Source of the DNA: an uncultured Bacteroides sp. | GTDB lineage: Bacteria > Bacteroidota > Bacteroidia > Bacteroidales > Bacteroidaceae | NCBI GenBank assembly: GCA_949296415.1 | Contig: CASFQC010000002.1 | Span: 23,817 to 87,816, forward strand | DNA length: 64,000 bases | Direction of reading: 5' to 3' | Shown here: positions 1-9,423 of the stretch, piece by piece | How positions within the stretch are numbered: position 1 is the first letter of the stretch | How the letters are laid out: each line of letters opens with the position of its first letter | Notes under the pieces: model-generated | Told to the model about the DNA's origin: nothing | What the model saw: the letters and a program-made list of their open reading frames with translations, nothing else | Database searches by the model: none | Program-made: the position numbers and the translations under genes

Positions 1-440
1 GTGCCGCTGGGGGCGTCGAGCTTGTGTATGTGGTGGGTCTCCGTCATGCTTACGTCGTAGGCGGGGAACTGGTTCATGATGCGCGCCAGATACTTGTTCA
101 GCGCCGAGAATATGGCCACACCCAAGCTGAAGTTGCTTGACCAGAACAGGGTGTTTCCGCCCTCGCGGCAAAGGCTGCGCATCTCGTCGCCGTGGGCGGC
201 CATCCATCCGGTGCTGCCCGACACCACTTTCACTCCGGCCTCGAAGGCTTTCAGGCAGTTGGCGTAGGCCGAACCGGGGGTGGTGAACTCTATGGCCACA
301 TCGGCCTCTTTGAACGCTTCCGAGGCAAAGTCCTGCTGGTTGTCGCAGTCTATGACGCACGTTATCCGGTGTCCCCGGCTCAGGGCGATGCGTTCTATTT
401 CCTTGCCCATCTTTCCATAACCTATCAATGCTATCTTCAT
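1..440 (-). CDS. dapB: 4-hydroxy-tetrahydrodipicolinate reductase (5' part; runs off the left edge)
   Basis: Not in the ORF track. Manual translation from ATG at 440 gives MKIALIGYGKMGKEIERIA...AIEFTTP...VVSGSTGW...WSSNFSLGV...ETHHIHKLDAPSGT, i.e. a Rossmann GxxG plus the DapB catalytic E-x-H-H-x-x-K-x-D-A-P-S-G-T motif. Confidence 0.95.
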   Translation of the reverse strand, partial: MKIALIGYGKMGKEIERIALSRGHRITCVIDCDNQQDFASEAFKEADVAIEFTTPGSAYANCLKAFEAGVKVVSGSTGWMAAHGDEMRSLCREGGNTLFWSSNFSLGVAIFSALNKYLARIMNQFPAYDVSMTETHHIHKLDAPSG

Positions 441-528
441 GAGTTTTCTGTTGTTTCTTGCTTCATGCGGTTCCTGTGCCGGTCTCCGGCCTCTGCGGTC
501 CGCTGTGTGCATTTTATGTAATGAGACG

Positions 529-536
529 CAAAGTTA
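529..536 (-). promoter_or_regulatory. Bacteroidetes -7 promoter element (TAACTTTG) for dapB
   Basis: caaagtta on the + strand = TAACTTTG on the - strand, about 90 bp upstream of the dapB start; matches the TAnnTTTG consensus. Confidence 0.6.
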
Positions 537-653
537 ATGTTTTTATCACCACAGCCTGTGTTTTTCACCTATTTTAATGTGTGGGGGCACGGGCCTTTCG
601 TACGGAGGCGGGGCGGTTCTTGTCTGTGGTGCGGTCTCTGCGGGAACTCCTGT

Positions 654-1110
654 GTGCAAAGTGACACTTTACAAAGTTTAACGCAAATGCGGCGCGTATT
701 TCCGGCCAGGGGAGAGCGTGGTGGAAAAGAACGCAGGAATTTTTGGAGTAAGTCTGTGTAATACATTGCGATAGGCCGAATTTTAACACTTCAAGGCATG
801 CCGCTTACGGCGGGAAATACAGAAAATTTATCGCGAAAAGGCTTTTGGAAAGGAAAAGACGCATACGCTTCGGGCTGGCTATCTGTCGTCCGGTTGGTGT
901 CGATAGGTCGATAGCCCGCTGATGAATTGTCATCCGCCGGCGGACTATAGGTAATCAGCAGGCGGATGACGGGCTTTCAGGTTCGGTTTATTAGCATATT
1001 TATACACTTTCGAAGAATTGCCTTCCGTTTATTAACGTTTTTATACGGTTTGACTGGCGGAATCTTCTTTTTCTGCACATATTGAAAAAAACGTCGGTAA
1101 GCAAAATGGC
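654..1110. repeat. Dispersed intergenic element, copy 1 (homologous to ~23238-23660)
   Basis: Shares ordered anchors with 23172-23836: gtgcaaaRtgacac, the identical 18-mer ccgaattttaacacttca, a 22-bp array and cggtaagcaaaa. Confidence 0.7.
879..970. repeat. 22-bp-period degenerate tandem array, family A
   Basis: Units ctatctgtcgtccggttggtgt / cgataggtcgatagcccgctga / tgaattgtcatccgccggcgga / ctataggtaatcagcaggcgga. Confidence 0.7.
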
Positions 1111-1274
1111 CGGAACTCCGTCTTTCTGTCAGCCAGAACAGCAAAAAGACGGCAAAGTGTATTCTGTCTTAACACTGCTTCACAACCGCTTCCATGCCTT
1201 CCGGCATCCGGCCTGCAGAGACCGTGGCGGACAAAATGGTGGAGGATATGCTTTTGCGTTCGCGAACTATTCAT

Positions 1275-1282
1275 TACTTTTG
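1275..1282 (+). promoter_or_regulatory. -7 promoter element (TACTTTTG) for the rpoN operon
   Basis: TAnnTTTG match about 40 bp upstream of ATG 1323. Confidence 0.6.
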
Positions 1283-1322
1283 TGGCTGCAATCATATACT
1301 AACAATTAGGAGAAGATTCATT

Positions 1323-2822
1323 ATGGCACAAAGTTCCCGTCAGATACAGACGCAGACGCAACAGCAGGTGCAGACGCTGTCGCCCCAACAGATTCTGGCC
1401 GTGAAGCTGCTGGAGCTTCCGGCCGTAGAGCTGGAAGACCGTGTGCGGGCCGAATTGCTGGAAAACCCCGCTCTGGAGGAGGGCAAACCCGAAGAGACCA
1501 CAGACGGGGACTTTGACGGAGGGGATACCGCCGGGGAGCCTACGGAAAGTCCGGAGGACGGAGGCAACACCGACTACGATTCGCTGAGCGACTATCTGAA
1601 CGAAGACGACATACCCGACTACAAGCTGCAGGAGAACAACCGCAGCCGCGACGAGCAGATGGAGGAAATCCCCTTCTCGGACGCCACCTCGTTCTACGAG
1701 ACCCTGAAGGAGCAGCTGGGCGAGCACAACCTGACCCCGCACCAACGCGAGCTGGCCGAATACCTCATAGGCTCGCTGGACGACGACGGGCTGCTGCGCA
1801 AGCCGCTGGACAGCATAAGCGACGAGCTGGCCATATATGCGGGCGTGGAGGCCTCGCCGGAGGAACTGGAGGAGGTACTGAAGGTGATACAGGACTTCGA
1901 CCCTCCCGGACTGGGCGCAAGGAACCTGAGGGAGTGTCTTCTGTTGCAGATAAGGCGGAAGAAGGCGCAGTCGCAGGAAGCCAATCCACTGCTGGATGTG
2001 GAAGAGCGCGTCCTGGACGAGTGCTACGAGGAGTTCACACGGAAGCATTGGGACAAGATAGAGCAGAAGCTGGGCATTACCGGCGAACAGCTCAAAAATG
2101 TCCTGAAAGACATCTGCAGGCTCAACCCCAGACCGGGGGCGTCCATGGGCGAGGCCATAGGCAAGAACATGCAGCAGATAGTGCCCGACTTCATCGTGGA
2201 GTCCTTTGACGACGGCACCATAAATCTCTCGCTCAACAGCCGGGGACTGCCCATGCTGCGCATGAGCCGCAACTTCACCGAAATGGTGGAGGAACACACC
2301 CGGAACAAGGCCAACCAGACCAAGGAGTCGCGCGAGGCCATGCTCTTTCTAAAGCAGAAGATGGATGCCGCGCAGAGCTTCATAGACGCCGTGAAGCAAA
2401 GGCAGAACACGCTGATGACCACCATGCAGGCCATAATAGACCTGCAACGTCCCTTCTTCCTGGAGGGCGACGAATCGCTGCTCAGACCCATGATACTGAA
2501 GGACGTGGCCGAACGTACCGGACTGGACATATCCACCATATCGCGCGTGAGCAACAGCAAGTACGTGCAGACCAACTACGGCATATATCCGCTGAAGTTC
2601 TTCTTCAACGACGGATACACTACCGGCGATGGCGAGGAGATGTCCGTGCGCGAGATAAAGAACGCCCTGAAAGAGCTGGTGGACGGCGAGGACAAGTCGA
2701 AACCCCTGACCGATGACGAGCTGACCGAACGGCTCAAGCAGAAAGGCTATCCCATAGCCCGGCGCACCGTGGCCAAGTACAGGCAGCAGATGGGCCTGCC
2801 CGTGGCACGGCTGCGCAGATGA
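1323..2822 (+). CDS. rpoN: RNA polymerase sigma-54 factor
   Basis: Gln-rich N-terminus (MAQSSRQIQTQTQQQVQTLSPQQ), HTH STISRV and RpoN box ARRTVAKYR; start moved from 1194 to ATG 1323. Confidence 0.97.
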   Translation: MAQSSRQIQTQTQQQVQTLSPQQILAVKLLELPAVELEDRVRAELLENPALEEGKPEETTDGDFDGGDTAGEPTESPEDGGNTDYDSLSDYLNEDDIPDYKLQENNRSRDEQMEEIPFSDATSFYETLKEQLGEHNLTPHQRELAEYLIGSLDDDGLLRKPLDSISDELAIYAGVEASPEELEEVLKVIQDFDPPGLGARNLRECLLLQIRRKKAQSQEANPLLDVEERVLDECYEEFTRKHWDKIEQKLGITGEQLKNVLKDICRLNPRPGASMGEAIGKNMQQIVPDFIVESFDDGTINLSLNSRGLPMLRMSRNFTEMVEEHTRNKANQTKESREAMLFLKQKMDAAQSFIDAVKQRQNTLMTTMQAIIDLQRPFFLEGDESLLRPMILKDVAERTGLDISTISRVSNSKYVQTNYGIYPLKFFFNDGYTTGDGEEMSVREIKNALKELVDGEDKSKPLTDDELTERLKQKGYPIARRTVAKYRQQMGLPVARLRR

Positions 2823-2878
2823 CGCGGATTCCACATGCCGTACAACCGTAATACGCTAAGGAAAAACAACTGTTATCG

Positions 2879-3547
2879 ATGAAAGACCAACATATATCGG
2901 CAGACAAGAACCTGTTGAAGACGGCCCGGATGGTGTCGTGGCTGTTCACCCCGTTCTCCATACCCTTCGCGGCGTTCGTGGTGCTGTTCCTGTTCTCCTA
3001 CCTGCGCATCATGCCCCTGCAATACAAGCTGGTGGTGCTGGGCGTGATATACTGTTTCACCATCATGTTGCCCACGCTGGCCATCTTCCTGTTCAAGAAA
3101 ATCAACGGCTTCGACGCCGAAGCCATGACACAGCGGCGGAAGCGGTTCGTACCCTGGCTGCTCACCATACTGTCCTACGTGTTCTGCCTGTTCATGATGT
3201 ACCGGATGAACATGCCCTGGTACATGACGGGCATCATACTCTCCGCACTCCTCATCATGCTGGTGTGTGTGGTGGCCAACCTGGGCTGGAAACTGAGCGA
3301 GCATATGGCCGGAGCCGGAGCGGTGACAGGACTGCTGGTGGCCTTCAGCGCGCTCTTCGGCTACAATCCCGTGTGGTGGCTCTGCGTATGCATACTGGTG
3401 TCCGGACTGCTGGGCACGGCGCGCATCGTGCTGGGACACCACACCCTGAGCGAGACCCTGGCAGGATATGCCGTGGGACTGGCGTGCACCCTGCTGGTGC
3501 TGCATCCCATGAGCGACCTCTTCTTCAGGCTCTTCTTCCTGCACTGA
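2879..3547 (+). CDS. Multi-TM membrane protein, PAP2-superfamily-like
   Basis: About 6-7 hydrophobic segments; KLSEH and ARIVLGHHT resemble the PAP2 C2/C3 motifs. Confidence 0.7.
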   Translation: MKDQHISADKNLLKTARMVSWLFTPFSIPFAAFVVLFLFSYLRIMPLQYKLVVLGVIYCFTIMLPTLAIFLFKKINGFDAEAMTQRRKRFVPWLLTILSYVFCLFMMYRMNMPWYMTGIILSALLIMLVCVVANLGWKLSEHMAGAGAVTGLLVAFSALFGYNPVWWLCVCILVSGLLGTARIVLGHHTLSETLAGYAVGLACTLLVLHPMSDLFFRLFFLH

Positions 3548-3601
3548 AGGACACAGACCGGAAACACTGTTTTTTTTAACCCATAAATAAAGACCATCAA
3601 A

Positions 3602-3982
3602 ATGAACATTCCAAATGACGTGAAGTACACGAAAGACCACGAATGGATTCGTGTGGAAGGCGACATCGCCTATGTAGGTATAACAGACTACGCGCAGGAA
3701 CAGCTGGGCGACATTGTGTTTGTCGACATCCAGACCGTGGGCGAGACCCTGGCGGCCGGTGATGTGTTCGGCACCATCGAAGTGGTGAAGACCGTATCCG
3801 ACCTCTTCCTCCCCGTAGGCGGCGAAGTGCTGGAGCAGAACGACCGTCTGGCCGACCAACCCGAACTGGTGAACCAGGACCCCTACGGCGAAGGCTGGCT
3901 GGTAAAGATAAAACCTGCCGCCGACGCCGACTATGAAGCCCTGCTCTCTGCCGGAGACTACAAGGCCCTGATAAACGCCTGA
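3602..3982 (+). CDS. gcvH: Glycine cleavage system H protein
   Basis: [24 protein letters not shown], lipoyl-Lys motif [18 protein letters not shown]. Confidence 0.97.
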   Translation: MNIPNDVKYTKDHEWIRVEGDIAYVGITDYAQEQLGDIVFVDIQTVGETLAAGDVFGTIEVVKTVSDLFLPVGGEVLEQNDRLADQPELVNQDPYGEGWLVKIKPAADADYEALLSAGDYKALINA

Positions 3983-4080
3983 GCCTTGCCCTGACAAGGC
4001 TGTGACGGCCATGCCATGCCGCAGCGTGCCTCGCAGACATGCTGCCCTCCCGACGGAGGGCAGACGGTGTGGCATGGCCG
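3982..4080 (+). promoter_or_regulatory. Structured intergenic RNA (nested hairpins) between gcvH and purE
   Basis: AGCCTTG/CAAGGCT hairpin 3982-4001; 16-bp stem 4006-4021/4065-4080 enclosing the CTGCCCTCC/GGAGGGCAG hairpin 4042-4063. Confidence 0.5.
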
Positions 4081-4122
4081 GAAAAATACATGTATCACCA
4101 CTCTAACAAAACATCCATTGAC

Positions 4123-4632
4123 ATGACACCTATTGTAAGCATCATCATGGGCAGCACGTCCGACCTTCCTGTCATGGAGAAGGCGGCCCAGCTGCTGAAC
4201 GACCTGCATGTGCCCTTTGAAATGAACGCACTCTCGGCCCACCGCACTCCCGAAGCCGTGGAACAGTTCGCGCGGAACGCCCGCCAGCGCGGCATAAAAG
4301 TGATTATAGCCGCAGCCGGAATGGCGGCCGCCCTTCCCGGAGTGATAGCGGCCAATACCACACTGCCCGTCATCGGCGTGCCCGTAAAAGGCTCGGTACT
4401 TGACGGAGTGGACGCCCTGTACTCCATTATCCAGATGCCTCCCGGCATTCCCGTGGCCACAGTGGCCATTAACGGCGCCATGAACGCGGCCATACTGGCC
4501 GTGCAGATGCTGGCCCTGTCCGACGACACGCTGGCCAAGACGCTGGCCGATTATAAGGAAGGGCTGAAGGACAAGATTACCAAGGCCAATGAAGACCTCA
4601 GGCAGGTGAAGTATGAATATAAGGTAGATTAG
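4123..4632 (+). CDS. purE: N5-carboxyaminoimidazole ribonucleotide mutase
   Basis: IIMGSTSD, SAHRTP, AAAGMAAALPG, IGVPV, QMPPGIPVATV; start at ATG 4123. Confidence 0.97.
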   Translation: MTPIVSIIMGSTSDLPVMEKAAQLLNDLHVPFEMNALSAHRTPEAVEQFARNARQRGIKVIIAAAGMAAALPGVIAANTTLPVIGVPVKGSVLDGVDALYSIIQMPPGIPVATVAINGAMNAAILAVQMLALSDDTLAKTLADYKEGLKDKITKANEDLRQVKYEYKVD

Positions 4633-4650
4633 CGGCGGAGGTTCGGATAT

Positions 4651-6495
4651 ATGGATTTGTTCAACTATTCGCGCAGGCCCACCGTGACGGTGCACATAGG
4701 GGACACTCCCTTGGGGGGCGACAACCCCGTGCGCCTGCAGAGCATGACCAACACTTCCACACTGGATACCATGGCCTGCGTGGAGCAGGCCAAGCGCATA
4801 GCCGATGCCGGTGGGGAGTATGTGAGGCTCACCACCCAAGGCGTGAGGGAGGCTGAGAACCTGAAGGACATCAACGCCGCGCTCAGAAAAGACGGATATA
4901 CGGTGCCGCTCGTTGCCGACGTGCACTTCAATCCCAATGTGGCCGATGTGGCCGCGCTCTATGCGGAGAAAGTGCGCATCAATCCCGGCAATTATGTGGA
5001 TGCCGCCCGCACCTTCCGGCATCTGGAGTATACGGACGAGACCTATGCCGCCGAACTGAAGCGGCTGCACGACCGCTTTGTGCCTTTCCTTGAGATATGC
5101 AGGCAGAACCACACCGCCATACGTATCGGCGTGAACCACGGCTCGCTGTCGGACCGCATCATGTCGCGCTACGGCGACACTCCTCAAGGCATGGTGGAGT
5201 CGTGCATGGAGTTCCTGCGCATCTGTGTGGAACAGCGGTTCTCCGATGTGGTCATATCGGTCAAGGCTTCGAATACCGTAGTGATGGTGCGCACCGTGCG
5301 TCTGCTGGTTGATGCCATGGACAGGGAAGACATGCACTTTCCCCTCCATCTCGGCGTGACCGAGGCCGGAGACGGCGAGGACGGACGCATCAAGTCGGCC
5401 TTGGGCATAGGTGCCCTGCTGGCTGACGGACTGGGCGACACCATACGTGTGTCGTTGAGCGAGGCTCCGGAAGCCGAGATACCTGTGGCACGCAAGCTGG
5501 CCGCATATGTGGCGGAACGTGCCGGACATCCTTATATTCCCGGACCGCAGGACACGGACTTCTGCTACCTTTCACCTGTGCGGAGGGTCACTGCCGCCGT
5601 GCACGACATAGGAGGCGACAACGTGCCTGTAGTGCTGGCCGCGAGACTGGATGGAAACCAGGACTTCATTCCGCAGTTCACACCCGACTATGTGTACGTA
5701 GGACGGCATCTGCCCGAGGCACGCAAGGAAGGGGTGCGATATATTGTGGATGCCGACTTGTGGAACGGACAGCCCGACTGCTGGCCTGCCTTCAAGAGCG
5801 ACAACCTGTTCCTGATGAGTGCGTGCGATGCTTCGCTGAAGTTTCTGTTCATTACGTACATGGGACTGGATGAAGAAGCGCTGGCCTGCCTGAAGTATCA
5901 TCCCGAGGTGGTGCTCATCGCGCAGAGTAACCATCCTAACCGGTTGGGAGAGCAGCGGGCCTTGGCTCTGCAGCTGATGAGGGAAGGACTGAAAAATCCG
6001 GTGGTGTTCTTCCAGCACTATGCGGAGGACAGTCTGGAGGACTTTCAGCTGAAGGCGGCCGCCGACATGGGCGCACTTGTCTTTGATGGGCTGACTGACG
6101 GCGTATTCCTGTTCAATCAGGGCGGCGTGAAAGATACAGCCATAGACACTACCGCCTTCGGCATCCTGCAAGCCGGGCGGGCACGCGTCACCAAGACCGA
6201 GTATATTTCCTGTCCGGGGTGCGGACGCACACTGTATGACCTCCAGTCCACCATAGCCCGTATAAAGGAAGCCACCTCACATCTCACCGGACTGAAAATA
6301 GGCATTATGGGCTGTATTGTAAACGGACCGGGCGAAATGGCCGATGCCGATTACGGATATGTGGGTGCCGGACGGGGGAAGGTGAGCCTTTACCGGAGAA
6401 AGGAATGTGTGGAGAAGAACATACCGGAAGCGGAGGCTGTAGGCAAACTCGTCGCACTGATCAAACATTGTGGAGACTGGCGCGAGAGGGAATAA
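4651..6495 (+). CDS. ispG: 4-hydroxy-3-methylbut-2-en-1-yl diphosphate synthase, long three-domain type
   Basis: RLQSMTNT, PLVADVHF, RINPGN, RIGVNHGS, HLGVTEAG, GDTIRVSL, SCPGCGR...MGCIVNGPGE. Confidence 0.97.
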   Translation: MDLFNYSRRPTVTVHIGDTPLGGDNPVRLQSMTNTSTLDTMACVEQAKRIADAGGEYVRLTTQGVREAENLKDINAALRKDGYTVPLVADVHFNPNVADVAALYAEKVRINPGNYVDAARTFRHLEYTDETYAAELKRLHDRFVPFLEICRQNHTAIRIGVNHGSLSDRIMSRYGDTPQGMVESCMEFLRICVEQRFSDVVISVKASNTVVMVRTVRLLVDAMDREDMHFPLHLGVTEAGDGEDGRIKSALGIGALLADGLGDTIRVSLSEAPEAEIPVARKLAAYVAERAGHPYIPGPQDTDFCYLSPVRRVTAAVHDIGGDNVPVVLAARLDGNQDFIPQFTPDYVYVGRHLPEARKEGVRYIVDADLWNGQPDCWPAFKSDNLFLMSACDASLKFLFITYMGLDEEALACLKYHPEVVLIAQSNHPNRLGEQRALALQLMREGLKNPVVFFQHYAEDSLEDFQLKAAADMGALVFDGLTDGVFLFNQGGVKDTAIDTTAFGILQAGRARVTKTEYISCPGCGRTLYDLQSTIARIKEATSHLTGLKIGIMGCIVNGPGEMADADYGYVGAGRGKVSLYRRKECVEKNIPEAEAVGKLVALIKHCGDWRERE

Positions 6496-6521
6496 GTTCC
6501 TGCCATTATTCTTATAACCAA

Positions 6522-7712
6522 ATGGATACAGACATGGAAAAAACTGTTTCAAGACATGCCAGAGTCGATGTGGCCGATGTGCTGCGCGGATTGGCGGTGA
6601 TGGGCATTGTGCTGCTGCACTCCATTGAACACTTCAATTTCTATTCCTATCCTGACACTTCGGCACAGAGCGCCTGGCTTACGTTTGCCGACCGCTCGGT
6701 GTGGGACGGACTGTTCTTCATGTTTGGCGGGAAGGCATATGCCGTATTCGCCTTGCTGTTCGGATTCAGTTACTTCATCCAGTGGGACAACCAGCGTCTG
6801 CGTGGCAAGGATTTCCGTCTCCGCTTCTGCTGGAGACTGGTGCTGCTCTTCCTGTTGGGCAATCTGAACGCGGCCTTCTTCACTGCCGAGGTGCTGGTGC
6901 TTTATTCGCTGGCGGGCTTCACCTTGCCTTTGGTCTGTCGGCTGAAAGACCGTTGGCTGCTGGCCATAGCCTGTGTGCTGCTGGTGCAACCCTTGCCGCT
7001 CTACTATGTCATACGGGCGGCCGTTGACCCGTCGTTTGTCACGCCTGTGTTGCCTACGGGCGACTTGTGGGCAGCCACCTTCGCCGTGCAGAGCGGAGGC
7101 TCCTTCTGGGAGACGGTGCGTGTCAACCTGTGGCAGGGACAACTGGCCAGTCTGGCGTGGGCGTGGGACAACGGACGCGTGTTCCAGACCATAGCCCTTT
7201 TCATCATAGGCTTTCTCATGGGCAAGCGTGGCTGGTTCCTGCGGGAGAAGCTCAAGGTGTGGAACAAGGTGCTTTGCGGTTCGCTGGTGGCTTTCTTTCC
7301 GCTGTACGGGCTGGCCGGACTGTTGCCCGAATTCATAACCTCGGAGCAGGTGCGTGTGCCGCTGCTGCTGGTCGTCAGCTCGCTTCATAAGTTCGCGTTC
7401 ATGCTGTTGCTGGTGTCGGCTGTCATACAGGCTTATTACCGTACCGATATGCGGGGACTGCTGTCGCGCATCATTCCTTACGGCAAGATGAGCCTCACGA
7501 ATTACATCACGCAGAGCATGTTCGGCTCGCTGCTCTATTATCATTGGGGATTTGACCTGCACGACGATGTCACCATTACGGGCAGTCTGCTCATCGGTAT
7601 GGCGTTCTTTCTGGTGCAATGGCTGTTCTGCAAGTGGTGGCTGTCGCGCCATTCGCACGGCCCGCTGGAACAGCTGTGGAAGACGGCCACCTGGATAGGA
7701 CGCAGGAAATGA
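6522..7712 (+). CDS. DUF418/YeiB-like membrane protein
   Basis: RVDVADVLRGLAVMGI N-terminus, GKMSLTNYITQS and GPLEQLW motifs, multiple TM segments; start ATG 6522 (or 6534). Confidence 0.85.
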   Translation: MDTDMEKTVSRHARVDVADVLRGLAVMGIVLLHSIEHFNFYSYPDTSAQSAWLTFADRSVWDGLFFMFGGKAYAVFALLFGFSYFIQWDNQRLRGKDFRLRFCWRLVLLFLLGNLNAAFFTAEVLVLYSLAGFTLPLVCRLKDRWLLAIACVLLVQPLPLYYVIRAAVDPSFVTPVLPTGDLWAATFAVQSGGSFWETVRVNLWQGQLASLAWAWDNGRVFQTIALFIIGFLMGKRGWFLREKLKVWNKVLCGSLVAFFPLYGLAGLLPEFITSEQVRVPLLLVVSSLHKFAFMLLLVSAVIQAYYRTDMRGLLSRIIPYGKMSLTNYITQSMFGSLLYYHWGFDLHDDVTITGSLLIGMAFFLVQWLFCKWWLSRHSHGPLEQLWKTATWIGRRK

Positions 7713-7760
7713 CGGCAGTCTCCTGCCTCCGGTCGCTGTGCCGGGCGTGAGGGAAAAGAC

Positions 7761-7802
7761 AGGCGCGGAACGTTGGCCTCAGCCATACGTTCCGCGCCTT
7801 TA
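7761..7802. terminator. Intrinsic terminator, probably bidirectional, between convergent genes
   Basis: AGGCGCGGAACGT...ACGTTCCGCGCCT 13-bp stem followed by TTT, with an A-run upstream. Confidence 0.75.
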
Positions 7803-7885
7803 TGGTAGCTGCCGGAAATGAAGCTTTTGTCTTTATGGCATGAAAATGGTATGCAGCTACCCGTCTGTCCCTATGCCGCAGGTGT

Positions 7886-9298
7886 TCAGCTCTTCTGTTT
7901 GTTCAGCGGGATGGAGAAACCTATGTAGGCGTTCACGTTCTTGGTGTTCTTGCCGAAGAACATGTAGTCGGTACCCACAAAGATGGGACCCAGCTTCACG
8001 GCAGCTCCGAACGTCTTTCCCGCACCTTGCAGCAGGGAGTAGCTCACGGCCACGTTGAAGTTGTTGGCCGGACGGATGTTGGCCGACACGCTCAGCTCGT
8101 TGATGGTCTTGGGCTGTGCGAAGCGTCCGGTGTACAGTGCGCCCAGCACCAGCCAGTTCTTCAGGAGCGCGTATTCTGCGCCTACGGCTACGGTGGAGGT
8201 CAGTTTGGTGGTGCGTGCCTTGGCGGCGTTCTCGTCCACACCGAGCTGCAACATGTCAAAGTTCAGCACTTCGCCGCTCTGTACCATGTCCACGAACTCC
8301 ATGGCTTCGCCCGGCGTGCTGGCCTCGTAGCTTTGGTTGCCTCTGGCGTGGGCCACTTGTGTGTTGCCTTTACCCCACTTGATGAAGCCCAAGTCAAGCA
8401 CCGAGGCCGAGAGGGTGAGGTTCTTCAGCAGCTTGTACGACACACCCAGGTCGATGGCCGCTCCGTATCCGGCAAAGCCGAAACTCCCGAAGTCTATGTT
8501 GTCTATGTATTGCTCGCCGCGCGAGTTGGTGCTCTGTTGCAGCTCCAGGAGCTTGGACGAGCTTTCCAGCGTGGCGTCTACCTGGACGGAGGCGCTTCCG
8601 CTCACGTGTTCCGGATCGACGTATCCGGTGCTCAGGTCTACGCCCTCCAGCTGGCTGTTCACGCTTACAGTGTTCACGTTCAGCTTCATGTTGCCTATGC
8701 CCAGCAAGGCTTTCACTTTACCGCCTATGGTCAGCTTGTCGGTGATGTCGCGGGCGAATCCCAGTCCCACCTCGGCGAACGAGTTGATTTCAAAGCCTTG
8801 TCCGCCGAACTCCTCGTTCAGGTCGGCGAAGTTCACGTTGGCTCCGTTCATCTTGTTCATGAACTCGAACACGTTGCGTGGTATGGTGGCGCCTATGTCG
8901 TTGCGCAGTCCGATGTTGAACGACCAGAAGTTCTTGCCTTTGTACCATCCGGCGGAGATGATGTCGGTGCTCAGGTTCACGTTCAGTTCGTTGGTGGCGT
9001 TCAGGCGGTTGATGAAGTCCTGACTCATGAAGTAGTCGCCGTCGCTGCTGTTGTCTATGATGTCCAGAATGTCCTGGTATCCCAGCGAGGACGAGTTGAC
9101 GGTGGCGTTCAGTGTGCCGATTACCGGCAGGTTTATGTATCCCCTGCCCGGAGTGAGCGCCGGATTCAGCTGCATGCGGTAGTGGCTGCCTTCCATAAAG
9201 TAGGAGGTGCGTAAGAACTGGGCTTGGGTCGGTACTATCATTCCGCCCAGCAGCAAAGCAGAGAGCGCGAGGCTCTTTAGTTTGTTTGTTCGTTTCAT
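7886..9298 (-). CDS. DUF5723-family putative outer-membrane beta-barrel protein
   Basis: Signal peptide (...TQAQ), RMQLNPALTP, GAAIDLG and SASVLDLGFIKW motifs, alternating beta-strand C-terminus. Confidence 0.8.
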   Translation of the reverse strand: MKRTNKLKSLALSALLLGGMIVPTQAQFLRTSYFMEGSHYRMQLNPALTPGRGYINLPVIGTLNATVNSSSLGYQDILDIIDNSSDGDYFMSQDFINRLNATNELNVNLSTDIISAGWYKGKNFWSFNIGLRNDIGATIPRNVFEFMNKMNGANVNFADLNEEFGGQGFEINSFAEVGLGFARDITDKLTIGGKVKALLGIGNMKLNVNTVSVNSQLEGVDLSTGYVDPEHVSGSASVQVDATLESSSKLLELQQSTNSRGEQYIDNIDFGSFGFAGYGAAIDLGVSYKLLKNLTLSASVLDLGFIKWGKGNTQVAHARGNQSYEASTPGEAMEFVDMVQSGEVLNFDMLQLGVDENAAKARTTKLTSTVAVGAEYALLKNWLVLGALYTGRFAQPKTINELSVSANIRPANNFNVAVSYSLLQGAGKTFGAAVKLGPIFVGTDYMFFGKNTKNVNAYIGFSIPLNKQKS

Positions 9299-9415
9299 AA
9301 TGATATGTAGCTTTTTTGCCTATCGTTCCTCTTTCGGCAGTGCGGGATTGGAAGTGCAGGAACTGGAAGAAGGGAGGGAAACTTCTCTTCTTTACACTTC
9401 TTGATATTTACAGGA

Positions 9416-9423
9416 CAAAAGTA
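9416..9423 (-). promoter_or_regulatory. -7 promoter element (TACTTTTG) for the DUF5723 gene
   Basis: caaaagta on the + strand. Confidence 0.55.

Noticed and set aside
574-789. Minus-strand ORF MLKFGLS..., echoed at about 23375
   Set aside because: The shared peptide only reflects the shared 18-bp anchor. The second copy hits a stop within about 10 codons, so there is no coding conservation.
4651-6495. Unusually long IspG (614 aa)
   Set aside because: The three-domain long form is an established IspG type in Bacteroidetes, Chlamydiae and plants, so it is not novel.
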